From: Squalus acanthias
Taxonomy: Eukaryota
DNA length: 64,000 nucleotides
Reading direction: 5' to 3'
Assembly (NCBI GenBank): GCA_030390025.1
Contig: JASTWF010000138.1
Coordinates: 434,001-498,000, forward strand
In this document: positions 11,791 to 24,583 of the stretch, piece after piece
Layout of the letters: each line of letters starts with the position of its first letter
How positions within the stretch are numbered: position 1 is the first letter of the stretch
The notes under the pieces: generated by a model
Database searches by the model: none
What the model was told of the DNA's origin: nothing
What the model saw: only the letters and a program-made list of their open reading frames with translations
Program-made: the position numbers and the translations under genes

Positions 11791-13318
11791 CACATCACCA
11801 ACAGAATGGACTCACATCTGGACTGTCAATGAAATCCCTTTATTTCCTCACTCCTTCACAGGAGATGTGAATCTCTCAGATTAAATTACATTATCAGAGT
11901 CTAAAGAGACTGCCAGTATGTGTTACTCCATCTCCCGCTACCATCCTTCACTCTGTCCCAATAAAGTATCCGCTATATTATGAATCGCTTTAGATCTATG
12001 TACCTGAATGCGGGAGGTGCGTAATGTGATTCTATTTACAATGTGGATGGCTGTAGCTACACGATTTGGGTCCGAAGATGAGTAGAAAGCCCTGATGTTA
12101 TACAAATGTCTCTGATTGCATTTCTCTAACGGCTCCTGAGTCTGTGACCCTAACAGTCCTTTATAAAATTAGTTGTTAAATAAGTCCGCTTGCCTGATAA
12201 TTAAGGAGTGAGTTGACAGAGACACGTAAGAATATGGGGCCCGCCCGCTTCAGATCAACTTTTGAAAAAGAGAAGCAGGTGAATCAGAACCGATAACGCG
12301 ATCAGCAAAACCCCGGCATCCAAATCCTTGCAGCAAACTTTAATAGCGACCGAATGTGTAACATGCACTGGTATCAGGAACACAATATATCAGGACATAG
12401 CGGTATGTTGCAGAATATCACAAGAAAAAATGCTTCATCTCCCGCTGAAACAGATCACAAACTGGGCATTTCTCTGCCCATTGGTAGCCGGGCTCTGAGA
12501 GGAGTTGTTTAGGAATTCAAATCAGCACAAATTAAACTGCACAGTGCGCGGCTGCTAATCAGTAATAAGGGAGCCCTTAGTTTCAATCAGGCTCACAACT
12601 CTGAGAATATTCAAGGAAGTGCAGCGGGATCGAGGCAATTCCACCTGTTGTTTTATTTACTTTCCGATTCCCACTGATCTCATTACAGTGTGGGTGTGGA
12701 GTCATTAACATCTCTCTCCAGCACTTCGTGCAGTGCTGAATAAACCGACTGAATTATCTGGAATTATCTTTATTAGGATTTTTTTAATTAATTAGCATGT
12801 GGATCAATTTACTTTTTCTGCTCCTATTTTATAATATTGTGAGCAAGGAATTTACCGAAAATCATCCTTTAGATGTAATATCATGTAAAATGTTTCTTTC
12901 ATCTAACAGCGGTGCAGAATAATTTAATGTTCAAATAGTTAAATCCCATCCTGTTTCCCAATTCATATTCACGCCAATCTGCCCCACACAGTATTTGGCA
13001 GCAACCCAGCCGATTGCCGTCAGGGAGGCTCGAACACCCAATGTCATTTACAGGAAGCATCTGGGGGTTCTGTGCAGTGAATCAAAGATCTGTTTCCTCA
13101 CTACTGACTGCTTGGCTGAAAGCCAACTTCAAACCCTTAACATTGTGAGTGAGGCCTATTGATAAACAAATCTGCCCAGCAACAGTACTGGAGTCAATTT
13201 AATTATTTAGTTGTGTAACTGTGTGTAACTGTTCCCATCTCTCAGGATAGGAAATATATCCAGTGTCTGAGACATCCTGTCAGCAGCAGCAGTCAGCTGG
13301 AGGGACTGTCCAGCACAT

Positions 13319-13496
13319 NNNNNNNNNNNNNNNNNNNNNNNNNNNNNNNNNNNNNNNNNNNNNNNNNNNNNNNNNNNNNNNNNNNNNNNNNNNNNNNNNN
13401 NNNNNNNNNNNNNNNNNNNNNNNNNNNNNNNNNNNNNNNNNNNNNNNNNNNNNNNNNNNNNNNNNNNNNNNNNNNNNNNNNNNNNNNNNNNNNNNN
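13319..13496. other. Assembly gap (178 N)
   Basis: Run of N between the IgM cluster and the TCR V genes. Confidence 1.
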
Positions 13497-14449
13497 AGGA
13501 CCTCAGAGAGAGGATACATTCTGAAATAAATAAGTATGCGTGTTTGCATGGATGAATAGATGGATGTAGCGATGCAGGAATATATGGATTGTTAGATGTC
13601 TGAATTTTTAGTAATGGGTCGATGAACGGATTAATGGATTGATGAATGGATGGATGGATGGGCCTGAAAGTTGCTGTTAGAACATAAGAACATAAGAAAT
13701 AGGCGCAGGAGTAGGCCATTCGGCCCTTCGAGCCTGCCCCGCCATTAAATAAGGTTATGGCAGATCTGATCTTGGCCTCAACGACACTTTCCCGCTAGCT
13801 CCCCATAACCCTTGACTCCCCTGTAGCTCAAGTATATATCTACATTCTCATCTTTGTGAGTCTCTACTTCCGAACACGAGGCAACCCCTTTACATTTGTG
13901 TCAGTATTGGCGCCTCCAGTCCTTCCTCATTTTCTGTATCATTTCACTCCATACAGTGTCAATTTCTACCGAGCTGAACATCACGAAGAGAAGCCTGAAG
14001 GTATCCATACGGTACCGATGGTCCTTCTGTGGCGATGGGGAATCTCCATCTCAAAGATATAAAGCGAGCACATGTCTGGGTTGAGAAGAGACAAGTGTAA
14101 TATTTGGAGCATGTGGTCCCTTCATGTATAACAAAGCACTCAATATATCCTCACCCGAATTACTTCAATCAATGCGGAAATATAGCAGATCAATGTGTAC
14201 GTAATTTTTCCCCTTCGCTACCTAAATCGTTGCTCCTTTGTGAGACTGGTGCAGTCACACCATTCTGAACACACGGATAAAAGGAGCATCAACTCTGACT
14301 TTCTTTACCACCATATAGTCATTGTAAGTCATTGCCGCAGTGAAATATGTCCCGTGGGTTTTGGACATTGTGGTTGCAAATTTCAATGCCCTTAACTCCT
14401 TTAACCACACTCCCCAGAGCCTTTCCATTCAGTCCATTCACACAATGAA

Positions 14450-15045
14450 AGGAGAGGTTGTGTAGATTGGGACTCTACTCATTGGAGTTCAGAAGAATAA
14501 GAGGCGATCTTATTGAAACATATAAGATTATGAAGGGGTTGGATCGGGTGGATGCGGGGAGGATGTTCCCGATGACGGGTGAGACTAGAACTAGGGGATA
14601 TAGTCTTAGAATAAGGGGCTGCTCTTTCAAAACTGAGATGAGGAGGAACTACTTCACTCAGAGGGTGGTAGGTACATGGAATATGCTGCCACAAAAAGCT
14701 GTAGAAGCTACATCATTAAATAAATTTAAAACAGAAATAGACAGTTTCCTAGAAGTAAAGGGCATTAAGGGTTACGGGGAGCGGGCAGGAATTTGGACAT
14801 GAGTCTAGGTTCGGATCGGTCATGGCCCTGTGGGTAGTGGAGCGGGCTCAGGGACCGCGTCGCCTGATTCTGCTCCTATTTCGTGTGTGCAATTCTGTTA
14901 GATGCAGGAGATGGTTCTGTGATAGTAGATAGTAGATTGGCGGTTAGGATCAGATCAGCCATGATCTTATTGAATGGCGGAGCAGGCTCGAGGGGCCGAT
15001 TGGCCTACTCCTGCTCCTATTTCTTATGTTCTTATGTTCTTATGA
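14450..15045 (+). mobile_element. CR1-type LINE 3' end
   Basis: RLGLYSLEFRRIRGDLIETYKIM... plus 3' UTR ending tcttatgttcttatg. Confidence 0.85.
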
Positions 15046-16419
15046 ATGAATTGTTCACCAGTTGGGCGGGTAAGGTCAGTACATCACTGAGATGTGCTCA
15101 GGTTGATGGGGCCACTGTGATGCAGATATATGGTTAGAGTGGTCATGGTACTTCATGCAGACAGAGCTGGGTCAGTGAAGTTGTTGAATATGGTGATTTG
15201 AATGAAAATTTTGGACAACATTATAGAGTCAATGTTCTATGACATGAGGTTAAAACAGACTCTTATTTCTCAGAAGTTTGTACATTTTTGAGCGACTTGT
15301 TTAGGTTCGTGGAGAACTGGTGCAGGGATATATAGACTGGAATAAGGTGCTATTATGGCCATATTTAGAAATTACTTATCCATGTAATTTTCTGGTCCAA
15401 ATGTATAGCTTCAAACCCTTTCTTAATGTCCCAAAGTGCTTTAAAATGAATTGTTATTTTTGGTAATGTGATTTTCGGCGAATGGCTCCGAGGTGACTGA
15501 TTCCTGATTGAACCCCTCCCCCTTGTACAAGAGGCGCTCTCCCATAATCCAGGGATTAACAATGTGGTTTGTGTACAGTTCCCATTCCCGCTCAATACCC
15601 CACAATCAGGAGTAACAAACTGTCTCTGCGCCAACTAACAGAAATAATGACAGATGGAAGGAGAGAGATTTCCGGACCCATTGTTATTTCCCAGGAAATC
15701 ATATTACTAAACAAATGATATTTCTCAATACTGTCGGCCTTCATCATATTTTTCAAAGGCTAAGGGATCGAATCGAGTTTTTCTTAATTGTAAAAGAGTT
15801 TTACTGGTGGGAAGAAGGAAAGTCTGATTCCTCTGATTGAGGAGTCTGTAAGCAAAACTTCGCCAAATTGAAATTGTCAATAAGAAAGAGAGAGGTCAGG
15901 AGATTTCTGTATTAGGGGGTTGTTGGAGCATTGGAATACTTTGCCATATTGAATGGCCGAGGCAGAAAATATAAAAGGATGCAGTAATGTATTGGTAATG
16001 TTACTGGATTAGCAATCCCGAGGCCGGGGCTAATAATTAATCAATTAACATCCCACCATGGCATTTCAGTTCAGATTTTTAAAAGTTGAAAATAAATAAT
16101 CTGGTATGAGTAAGAATGAGAAACTCCTCTGGGTGAACATAACTCTGTAAATGCGGGATTATGAATCATGTTTAATAAACTCAGGAGCCTGTAGTAGATG
16201 GTGTTCATCAACAGGTGCCGACAGTGATCTTATTGAAACATGAATCATGCAGAGGCCGATGTTGCTGTGCACACAAGTCACTGTCAGCACTGTCAGAACA
16301 AGTCATAACATTGCTATCAATATTGATCATACTCAGATTACTGCTCAGTCCAATTTTAAGAGAACATCTATCCTTAGAAATAAGCTGAAGGAGAAATAAA
16401 GGTTGAATTTATTTCAATC

Positions 16420-16925
16420 CACACATTAGGAAGGATGTGAAAGTCTTGGAGAGGATGCAAAGGAGATTTACTAGAATTATACCAGGGATGAGGGACTTCA
16501 GTTATGTGGAGAGACTGGAGAAGCTGGGGTTGTTCTCCTTAGAGCAGATGAAGTTAAAGGGAATTTAATAGAGGTGTTCAAAATCATGACATTTTTTGAT
16601 AGAGTTGATTATGAGATATTGTTTCCTCTGGCAGGAGTGTCGGTAACCAGAGGACACAGATTTAAGATAATTGGCAAAAAAACAGCGGGGATATGAGGAG
16701 ATTTGTTATGATCTGGATTGCACTGCCTGAAATGGTCGCGGAAGCAGATTCCACAGTATCTTTCAAAAGGGACTTGGATAAATACTTGAAAGGAATTCGC
16801 AGGGCTTTGTAGAAAGAACAGGCGAGTGGAACTAATTGGAGAGCTCATTCACAGAGCTGTAATAGGCACAGTCACGATGGGCCGAGTGGCCTCCTTCTGT
16901 GCCGTAAGATCCCATGATTCTGTGA
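16420..16925 (+). mobile_element. CR1-type LINE 3' fragment
   Basis: Degenerate RKDVKVLERMQRRFTR and tail gggccgagtggcctccttctgtgc. Confidence 0.75.
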
Positions 16926-17599
16926 ATTTCAATTGCATTAATCAAAAGTTTTGTAATTGAAATCTTGAAGTTACTATTTGTGATATTAGGTTGTGGATGC
17001 TTAATGGCAACGGTAATAACCGATGTTATTTCAAAATACTGGATATAATTTATCACCTGAGCGCATTAAGCATTTTAGTAACAGCTTGGGTAAAGTGACA
17101 ATATTCTGGTTTCAGAATCAGTAGATTGTGGACTTCACCTCAACTTCAGCACCTGAGCACATTAACTAGGTGTCCAATCGGTGCAGCACTGAAAAGGAAC
17201 GACGTTTCCTGAACCAATAATCTCTCCCCGCCCGCCGCACCTTGTCTGTTGAGGTGGACATTAAAGCTCCCAGGGCCCCACACTGTGTCCGGGTCAACAT
17301 TCCTCCCTTCAACCAAGTTCAACAGAAATATATTAACAGGAACCGAGCCACTTTGCTCTTTTGCTGATCCTTCTGAGCGCGAATCGGCCACGTTCACCTG
17401 TAATTAGTTGCAATTTAAATCCTTTGGGAGCTCTCCCAGAATGTGATGAGGTGGTACATCAATGCAAGGTGTTTCTTGATATATTAATTTCAGAAACAGT
17501 AACTGACATCATCATTTTCCCAATAGGAGCAATGGCAAACCTTGGTCACCAGGTGGCAGCGAAACTCGATTGTTTACATCACACTGAACAGGTGCTGCC

Positions 17600-17985
17600 T
17601 CAGTTATGACTACGCTACAACCTGTCCCTATTTATATTACACTAGGCCCTGTCTCTATTTTTATTACACTGCAGCTTGCCTCAATTATAACTGCACTAGA
17701 ACCTGTCTCGGTTTATATTACATTAGACCCTGTCTTATTTATTACTGCACTAGACCCTGTCTCTGTTTATATTACACTGAGCCCTGTCTCTGTTTATATT
17801 ACAGTAGACCCTGTCACTGTTTATATTACACTAGACCCTGTCTCTGTTTATATTACACTGGACCATGCCTCTGTTTATATTACACTAGACCCTGCCTCTG
17901 TTTATATTACACGAGACCCTGTCTCTGTTTATATTACACTAAACCCTGTCTCTGTTTATATTACACTAGGCCCTGTCTCAGCTAT
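17600..17985. repeat. 27-bp minisatellite
   Basis: Unit ctctgtttatattacactagaccctgt, about 13 copies. Confidence 0.9.
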
Positions 17986-18179
17986 CACTGTTCCAGACTA
18001 TTTCTCTGTTAAATGGATAGATAGGTATTAATATAAATAAAGTTATATATGTGAGTGGGTGGCAGGATGCAATACTTTTTTGGATGGAAGCAGTTGTTTA
18101 GTCCTGTTAATAGGTATCACCTGCTGTGTGCAATTTCTAATTGATCTGGTATTTTGTCGGTAATATTTGTGTTGAAAGG

Positions 18180-19905
18180 ATGGGGTGAATCTTGGAACAA
18201 TCTCCCAGAGATGAACTGGGATTGAGGAACAGGACTAATAATCAATACTCAAGGGGCTATAGGGAGGGGGGAACTTAAAACAATCACTATCACTAAAGAA
18301 AAAGTACTCGGTAAAATAATGGGACTAAAGCTGGACTAGTGCCCTGGACCTGATGGCCTGCCTCCTCGGGTCTTAAAATAGGTGGCTGCAGAGTTAGTGG
18401 ATGCATTGGTTGTTATCTACCAAAATTCCCTGGATCTGGAGAGGTCCCAGCGGCTTGGAAAACCGCAAATGTAACGCCCCTATATAAGAACGGAGGGAGG
18501 CAGAAAGCAGGACACTATAAACCAGTTAGCATAACATCTGTCATTGGGAAAACGCTGGCTTCCTTTATTAAGGAAGCAGTAGCAGGACATTTAGAAAATC
18601 ATAATCCAGTCAAGCAGAGTTAGCATGAGTTTATGAAAGGGAAATCATGTTTGACAAATTTGCTGCAGTTGTTTGAGGATGTAACGAGCAAGGTGGATTA
18701 AGGGGAACCAGCGGATGTGGTGTATTTGGTTTTCCAAAAGGCATTCGATAAGATGCCAGATAAAAGGTTATTGCACAAGATAAGAGCTCACGGAGTTGGA
18801 GGTAATATATTAGCATGGATAGAGAATTGGCTAACTAACAGATAGCAGAGAGTCGGGATAAATGGGTCATTTTCCGGGTGGCAAACGGTAACTAGTTCGA
18901 TGCCACAGGGATCAGTGCTGGGGCCCCAACTATTTACAATCTATATTAATGAATTCTATGAAGGGACCGAGTTTAATGTATCCAAATTTGCTGATGATAC
19001 AAAGATAGGTGGGAAAGCAAGTTGTGTAGAGGAGACAAATAATCTGCAAAGGGATATAGACAGGCTAAGTGAGTGGGAAAACATTGGAGTATAATGTGGA
19101 AAATTGTGAGGTTAACCACTTTGGTAGGAAAAATAAAAAAGCAAATTATTATTTAAATGGAGAGAGATTTCAAAATGCTACAGCGCAGAGGGACCTGGAG
19201 GTCCTTCTGCGTGAAACACAAAACGTTAGCATGAAGGTACAGCAAGTAATCAGGAAGGCAAATGGAATGTTGGCCTTTATTGCAAGCGGGTTGGAGTACA
19301 ACAGCAGGGAGGTCCTGCTACAACTGCACAGGGTATTGGTGAGACCACACCTTGAGTACTGCGTACAGTTTTGGTCTCCTTATTTAAGGAAGGATATACT
19401 TGCATTGAAGGCAGTTCAGAGAAGTTTCACGAGGTTGATTCTTGAGATGAAGGGGTTGATTTATGAAGAAAGGTTGAGCAAGTTGGGTCTATACTCATTG
19501 GAGTTTAGAAGAATGAGAGGTGATCATATTGAAACATATAAGATACTGAGGGGCTCGGTAAGGTAGATGCAGAAGGATGTTTCACTCATGGGGGAATCTA
19601 GAACTAGGGGGCACAGTTTCAGAATAAGGGGTCGCCCATTTAAAACTGAGATGAGGAGGAATTTCTTCTCTCAGAGGGTCGTGAATCTGTGGAATTCTCT
19701 GCCCCAGAGAGCTGTGGAGGCTGGGTCATTGAATATATTTAAAGTGGAGATAGACAGATTTTTGAACAATAAGGGAGTCAAGGGTTATGGGGAGCGGGCA
19801 GGGAAATGGAGCTGAGCCCAAGATCAGATCAGCCATGATCTCATTAAATGGCGGAGCAGGCTCGAGGGAACAAATGGCCCACTCCTGCTCCTATTTCTTA
19901 TGTTC
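18180..19905 (+). mobile_element. CR1 LINE, degraded RT and 3' end
   Basis: PQGSVLGP and FADDTK motifs, RPHLEYCVQFWSP; frameshifts and stops. Confidence 0.9.
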
Positions 19906-20204
19906 TTGTAAAGGTGAGCAATATGCACTGCATTTTGCACTACTCAGTGACAAACTCTGTGCTGTTAAAGTTTACTAATTCACACTTGTGTTATCCTGTG
20001 CCAGTTGCTCATAGTTTTAAATGTTATGGATTGTTTTTCCTGCAGTATTTTCCATTGAGCTTTCACGTGACAGACTGATAGTGTGACAGAGCCTGGAACA
20101 GTGACCTCACAGCATCGCCGGATGGGCTGCCGCAGGGTCCCAATGTCCACTGAGTTCATTTACTCACATCTGGTTGCGAGGAACAACTAAAAATATCGCA
20201 CACG

Positions 20205-21970
20205 GAGGCAGCGATTTCGCCTACCGTGTCAGACTCAATGAGACCGAGGTAGGTGGCGTGTTGCGACCCCGGTTCCGGCTCCATCCCGCTCTGTGAGAAG
20301 AATTTTCCGTCGATTGGGCTTGTTAATCCCGCCCTGCGAGGTTCCCGGCCAAATAAAAGGAAGCAAGTTTGATTACGTCATTGGATGACACGTGATCTGG
20401 CGGTTTCCTTAAAGGGACGACGTCCACAATCATTTTGACAGTTGTGCTGTTAGCATTCAGGTGTTGCAAACACTGACAAGCACTGCACAAAGGTGCACGG
20501 CTGCAATAAGGCGCTTCCATGACTCCCTCCGTGTGCTTATGGAGGGAGTCACAGCAGGCGGGGAAGTTCTCTTCCCTTTCAATGGGCGGAAGAGACCTCA
20601 CCAGGAGAGCAACGCAGCCTTGTTGCACATTGCACAGGAGGGCACAAGCAAGGATGTCGTCATGAGTCCCCGGCTGCAGTGGTGCAAATTTTTCAATGAT
20701 CGCAGTAGATCACGAAACGTTAATGCCAAGCCACACTCAACCTCAACCCTCTGTGCCACTCACCACATCCCCATCACTCTGCCTTGCTTACCCTACTCCT
20801 GCACATCTTTACTCACACCAAATTACCTTGTGCCTCCACCCATCCCTCCCTATCTACATTATCACTTCCCCATCTCACTAGTCACCCCTCACACTCGCCC
20901 TCATCCTACCAACTAAGAACACACAAGGGTTGGTACTTGGGTGGTTTAGCCAATGTTCATGTGTAGTTTCTGCTGATGTTCTGTCAAAAATTAAAGTCTT
21001 TATTTACAACACTTTACGTTCTTTGAAAGATTTGTATGCACCTTTGACTTAGTACATTCCAGTGAATGGCGCGGTGTAAGGGTAGCCCCACCCCCCGCAA
21101 TGGTGATGAGTGTGAAAGGAATGGCTTGGACTTTGTTGGGATGCTTTATGGTGCTGTTGTGAGGTGGTGCCAATTTTGCTCTTCTTGTGGCAGCCAGGGT
21201 GTATAGCGTCAAGTGAAGTAAATCATGGTGGGGCCATCGCTGGCGTCCCGGGCAGCAACGTAGTCGGGTTTTGATGCTCTTTGTGCTGTGCAGCATCAGG
21301 TGATTGCTGAGAAGGTTGGTGCTGTTATTGGCTGTGCTGGTGTGCCTGGTGATGTTGGTGTTGGCGCTGATCGTGGTGGGATTCTGAGGAGACAGCTGAG
21401 ATTTTTTCAAGGGCACCGATGCTGCTGAAATAGATGGCAGCTGAAGTTGAGATGACAGAAGTAATCTGTCAATGATGAGAGAGCTTGTTTCAAGAAGGTG
21501 AGAGTGGATAGAGAGTTTACTCCAAACACTTCCAAACTGCATAAAGCTCAAAAGTGGGTTTCAAATCATGAAGGCTCCAGCTTCTAAGAATGGAAAGTGA
21601 ACAGCTGTGAAATGTTAGGTTTCATACCACTTTTGCAGCTGTCACCTGTTCACAGCAATCCACAGTCATTGAGAACACGACATACTTACCTGACTTGACA
21701 GCTGCTCTCCGGGAACCTCATTAAAAACCTGGCAAAATTGTAAGTACATGGGAAAATGGTTCTTAACTACCTTTTAACAAGCTTTTAAGTATTTAAATTG
21801 GCTGACCAGCCGTTTGGTGTCGGGGCTGTTCAGGGATGACAGACCCGACACTTGGGAAACTGACAAGGAGGCGGGTTTGCAGCGGGATACCGACCCGCTT
21901 TCAAGCTTTGTGATTTTGACAGCTGACCCGCCTCCAAACCCGCACTCTGAGCGCCGGCAAAATTCCGGCC
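20205..21970 (+). mobile_element. Harbinger/PIF-type non-autonomous element with Myb/SANT-like remnant
   Basis: Decayed RFHDSLRVLMEGV...EVLFP...LHIAQE...LQWCKFFND; related copies at about 23866-24583, 47315-48250 and 52574-54160. Confidence 0.6.
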
Positions 21971-22411
21971 AAGGTGTGAGCTAGAATGTTACATGCCTCT
22001 CTGCTCCTCTACTCCTTTTAAAGTTTTACCATTTCATGCACATTTCCTACAGTTTTCTTCCTCCTAAATCTATCACCTCACATTTCTCAGCGTTAAATTT
22101 CATCTGCCATCTCCCTCTCCAATTTACTAACCTGTGTATTCACACTGAAGTCACTGACAGGCCTTTCACACTTGGCCATAGTCCCTTTTTGGTGTCATAT
22201 AGATATTTTTATCTTGCCCCATATACCCAAGCCCAGATCATGTCTCTATATTGAGAAGAGCAATGGTCCCAACACTGACCCTGGGGGACACCACTGATAA
22301 CATCCCTCCAGTCTGAAGAACATCCATTAACCACTACTCTCTGTTTTCTGCCCTTTACCCAACTTCCTATCCGCGCTGCCCCACTCCCTTTAATACCGTG
22401 ACCCTTAATTT

Positions 22412-22651
22412 CATAGAATCCCCACAGTGCAGATAGAGGCCATTTCGGCCCATCGAGCCTGCACCGACACATATCCCACCCTATCCCCGTAACCCCACGT
22501 ATTTAACCCCCCCCCCCCCTAACACTAAGGGTCAATTTATCATAGCCAAATCAACCTAACCCGCACATCTTTGGACTGTGGGAGGAAACCGAGCACCCGG
22601 AGGAAACCCACGCAGACACGGGGAGAATGTGCAAACTCCACACAGACAGTG
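22412..22651 (-). mobile_element. HE1-like shark SINE
   Basis: catagaatccccacagtgcag...gaggaaacccacgcagacacggggagaatgtgcaaactccacacagacagt, inserted in a CR1 fragment (about 22040-22760). Confidence 0.7.
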
Positions 22652-22829
22652 TCCGGCACCTTATCAAATACCTTTTGACAATCCATCTACACAACATCCA
22701 CTGCATTTGCTTTCTCACCACACTGTGTTATTTCCTGAAAGAATCCCTGCTGTCTGTCCTGAATAAATCCATTTCACTACCAAATGTTGCAATGTTTGCT
22801 CCACACCACAGGGTTTCATCTGTTTAAAG

Positions 22830-23850
22830 CCACAACAACAACAACTTGTATTTGTATAGCGCCTTTAGCGTAGTAAAACGTCCCAAGGCGCTTCACAGGA
22901 TTATTAAAAGACAAACAATTTGACACTGAGCCACATAAGGAGATACTGGGGCAGGTAACTATAAGCTTGGTCAAAGATGTAGGTTTTAAGGAGCGTCTTA
23001 AAGGAGGAAGGAGAGGTAGCGAGGCAGAGATGTTTACGTAGGGAATTTATCTCGGGGGCGGGGGTAGGTGGTTGTTGTGGGGCTGAATGAGATTACACAG
23101 ATAGGGATAGTCTAAGCCATGGAGGGATTTGGCCTCGACCGTCCCTATCTCTGTAATCTCCTTCAGGATGAGACTTTTGAAATCGAGGCGTTGCTTAACT
23201 GGAAGCCAATGTAGGTCAGCGAGCACAGGGGTGATACGGGCGAACAGGACTTGGTGCGAGTTCGGACACGGGCAGCCGAGTTTTGGAACACCTCAAGTTT
23301 ACTTAGGGTAGAATGTGGGCGGCCAGCCAGGTGTGCGTTGTAATAGTCAAAACTGGAGGTAACATAGGCATGGATGAGGGTTTCAGCAGCGGATGAGCTG
23401 AGGCAAGGGCGGAGACGGCCGATGTTACGGAGGTGGAAATAGGCGGTCTTAGTTATGCTGTGGATATGTGTTCGGAAGCTCATTTCAGGATCAAATATGA
23501 TACCAAGTTTGCGAACAGTGTGGTTCTGCCTCAGACAGATGTTAGGGAGAGGGTTAATTAGTGACGAGGGAACGGAGTTTGTGGCGGGGACTGAAAACAA
23601 TGGCTTCGGTCTTCCCAATATTTAATTGGGGAAAATTTCTGCTCATCCAGAACTGTATGTCGGAGAAGCAGTCTCACAATTTAGAGATCGTGGAGGGGTC
23701 GAGAGAAGAGAGGTAGAGCTGGGTGTCGTCAGCGAACATGTGGGAATTGACGTTGTGTTTTCGGCTGATGTCGCCAAGGGGGAGCATGTAGATGAGAAAT
23801 AGGAGGCGGCCAAGGACAGATCCTTGGGGGACAACAGAGGTAAAGTGCCT
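22830..23850 (-). mobile_element. L2-type LINE 3' fragment
   Basis: PQGSVLG...IYMLPLGDI...[25 protein letters not shown] and a (ttg)n tail. Confidence 0.85.
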
Positions 23851-23865
23851 ACACTTATGAGTTGT

Positions 23866-24583
23866 TAGTTGGTATGATTGGACCACGTTGAGGGTGAGTG
23901 TGAGGGGTGGCTAGTGAGATGGGGCAGTGTTAAGATAGATAGAGAGGGATGGGTGGAGGTGCAAGGTAAGATTTTGTGAGTAACGATGTGCAGGAGTAGG
24001 GTACGGAAGGCAGAGTGATGGGGATGTGATGAGTGGCACAGCAGGATGAGGTTGACTGTGGCTTGGCAGTAACGTTTCGTGATCTACTGGGATCATTGAA
24101 AGGTTTGTGCCACTGCAGCCTGGTCCTCCTCACGACATCCCTGCTTATGCCCTTGAGTGCAATGTGAACCAGGCTGCGTTGATTTCCTGGGGAGAACTCT
24201 TCCACCCATTGGAAGGGTAGAGAACCTGCTTGCGTGCTGTGACTCCCTCCATAAGCATATGGAGGGAACCTGGGTGCAGCCGTGCACCTTTGTGCAGTGC
24301 TTGTCAGTGTTTGCCGCACCTCAGCGCTGTAGAACACTGACAGCAGAACTGTTTATATCAATTGTGGGCATGACCCCTTTGAGGAAACCGGCTGATGATG
24401 CGTCAACAGATGACGTCATCAGACCCGCTTCATTTTAATTGGCCGGGAACCTCGCAGGGCGGGCTTGACAAGCTCAGTCAGAGCAAAATCACTTGGAAGA
24501 GGTGGGATGACGACGGGTGTGGTTTTTGCGGACGCTTTCTACTCAGGCCGCACCGGACTCGCCTTGGCTGGCGAAATCGCGTC
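23866..24583 (-). mobile_element. Harbinger-type element copy
   Basis: Reverse-complement homology to 20205-20900. Confidence 0.6.

Noticed and set aside
13207-13719. ORFs spanning X runs (also 30981-31250)
   Set aside because: Artefacts of the N gaps.
13856-14100. Ig-strand-like peptide STELNITKRSLKVSIRYRW
   Set aside because: No conserved Cys/Trp framework, splice sites or RSS; too weak to call by eye.
17542-18031. Cys/Tyr-rich keratin-associated-like ORF
   Set aside because: A 27-bp tandem repeat with no gene context.
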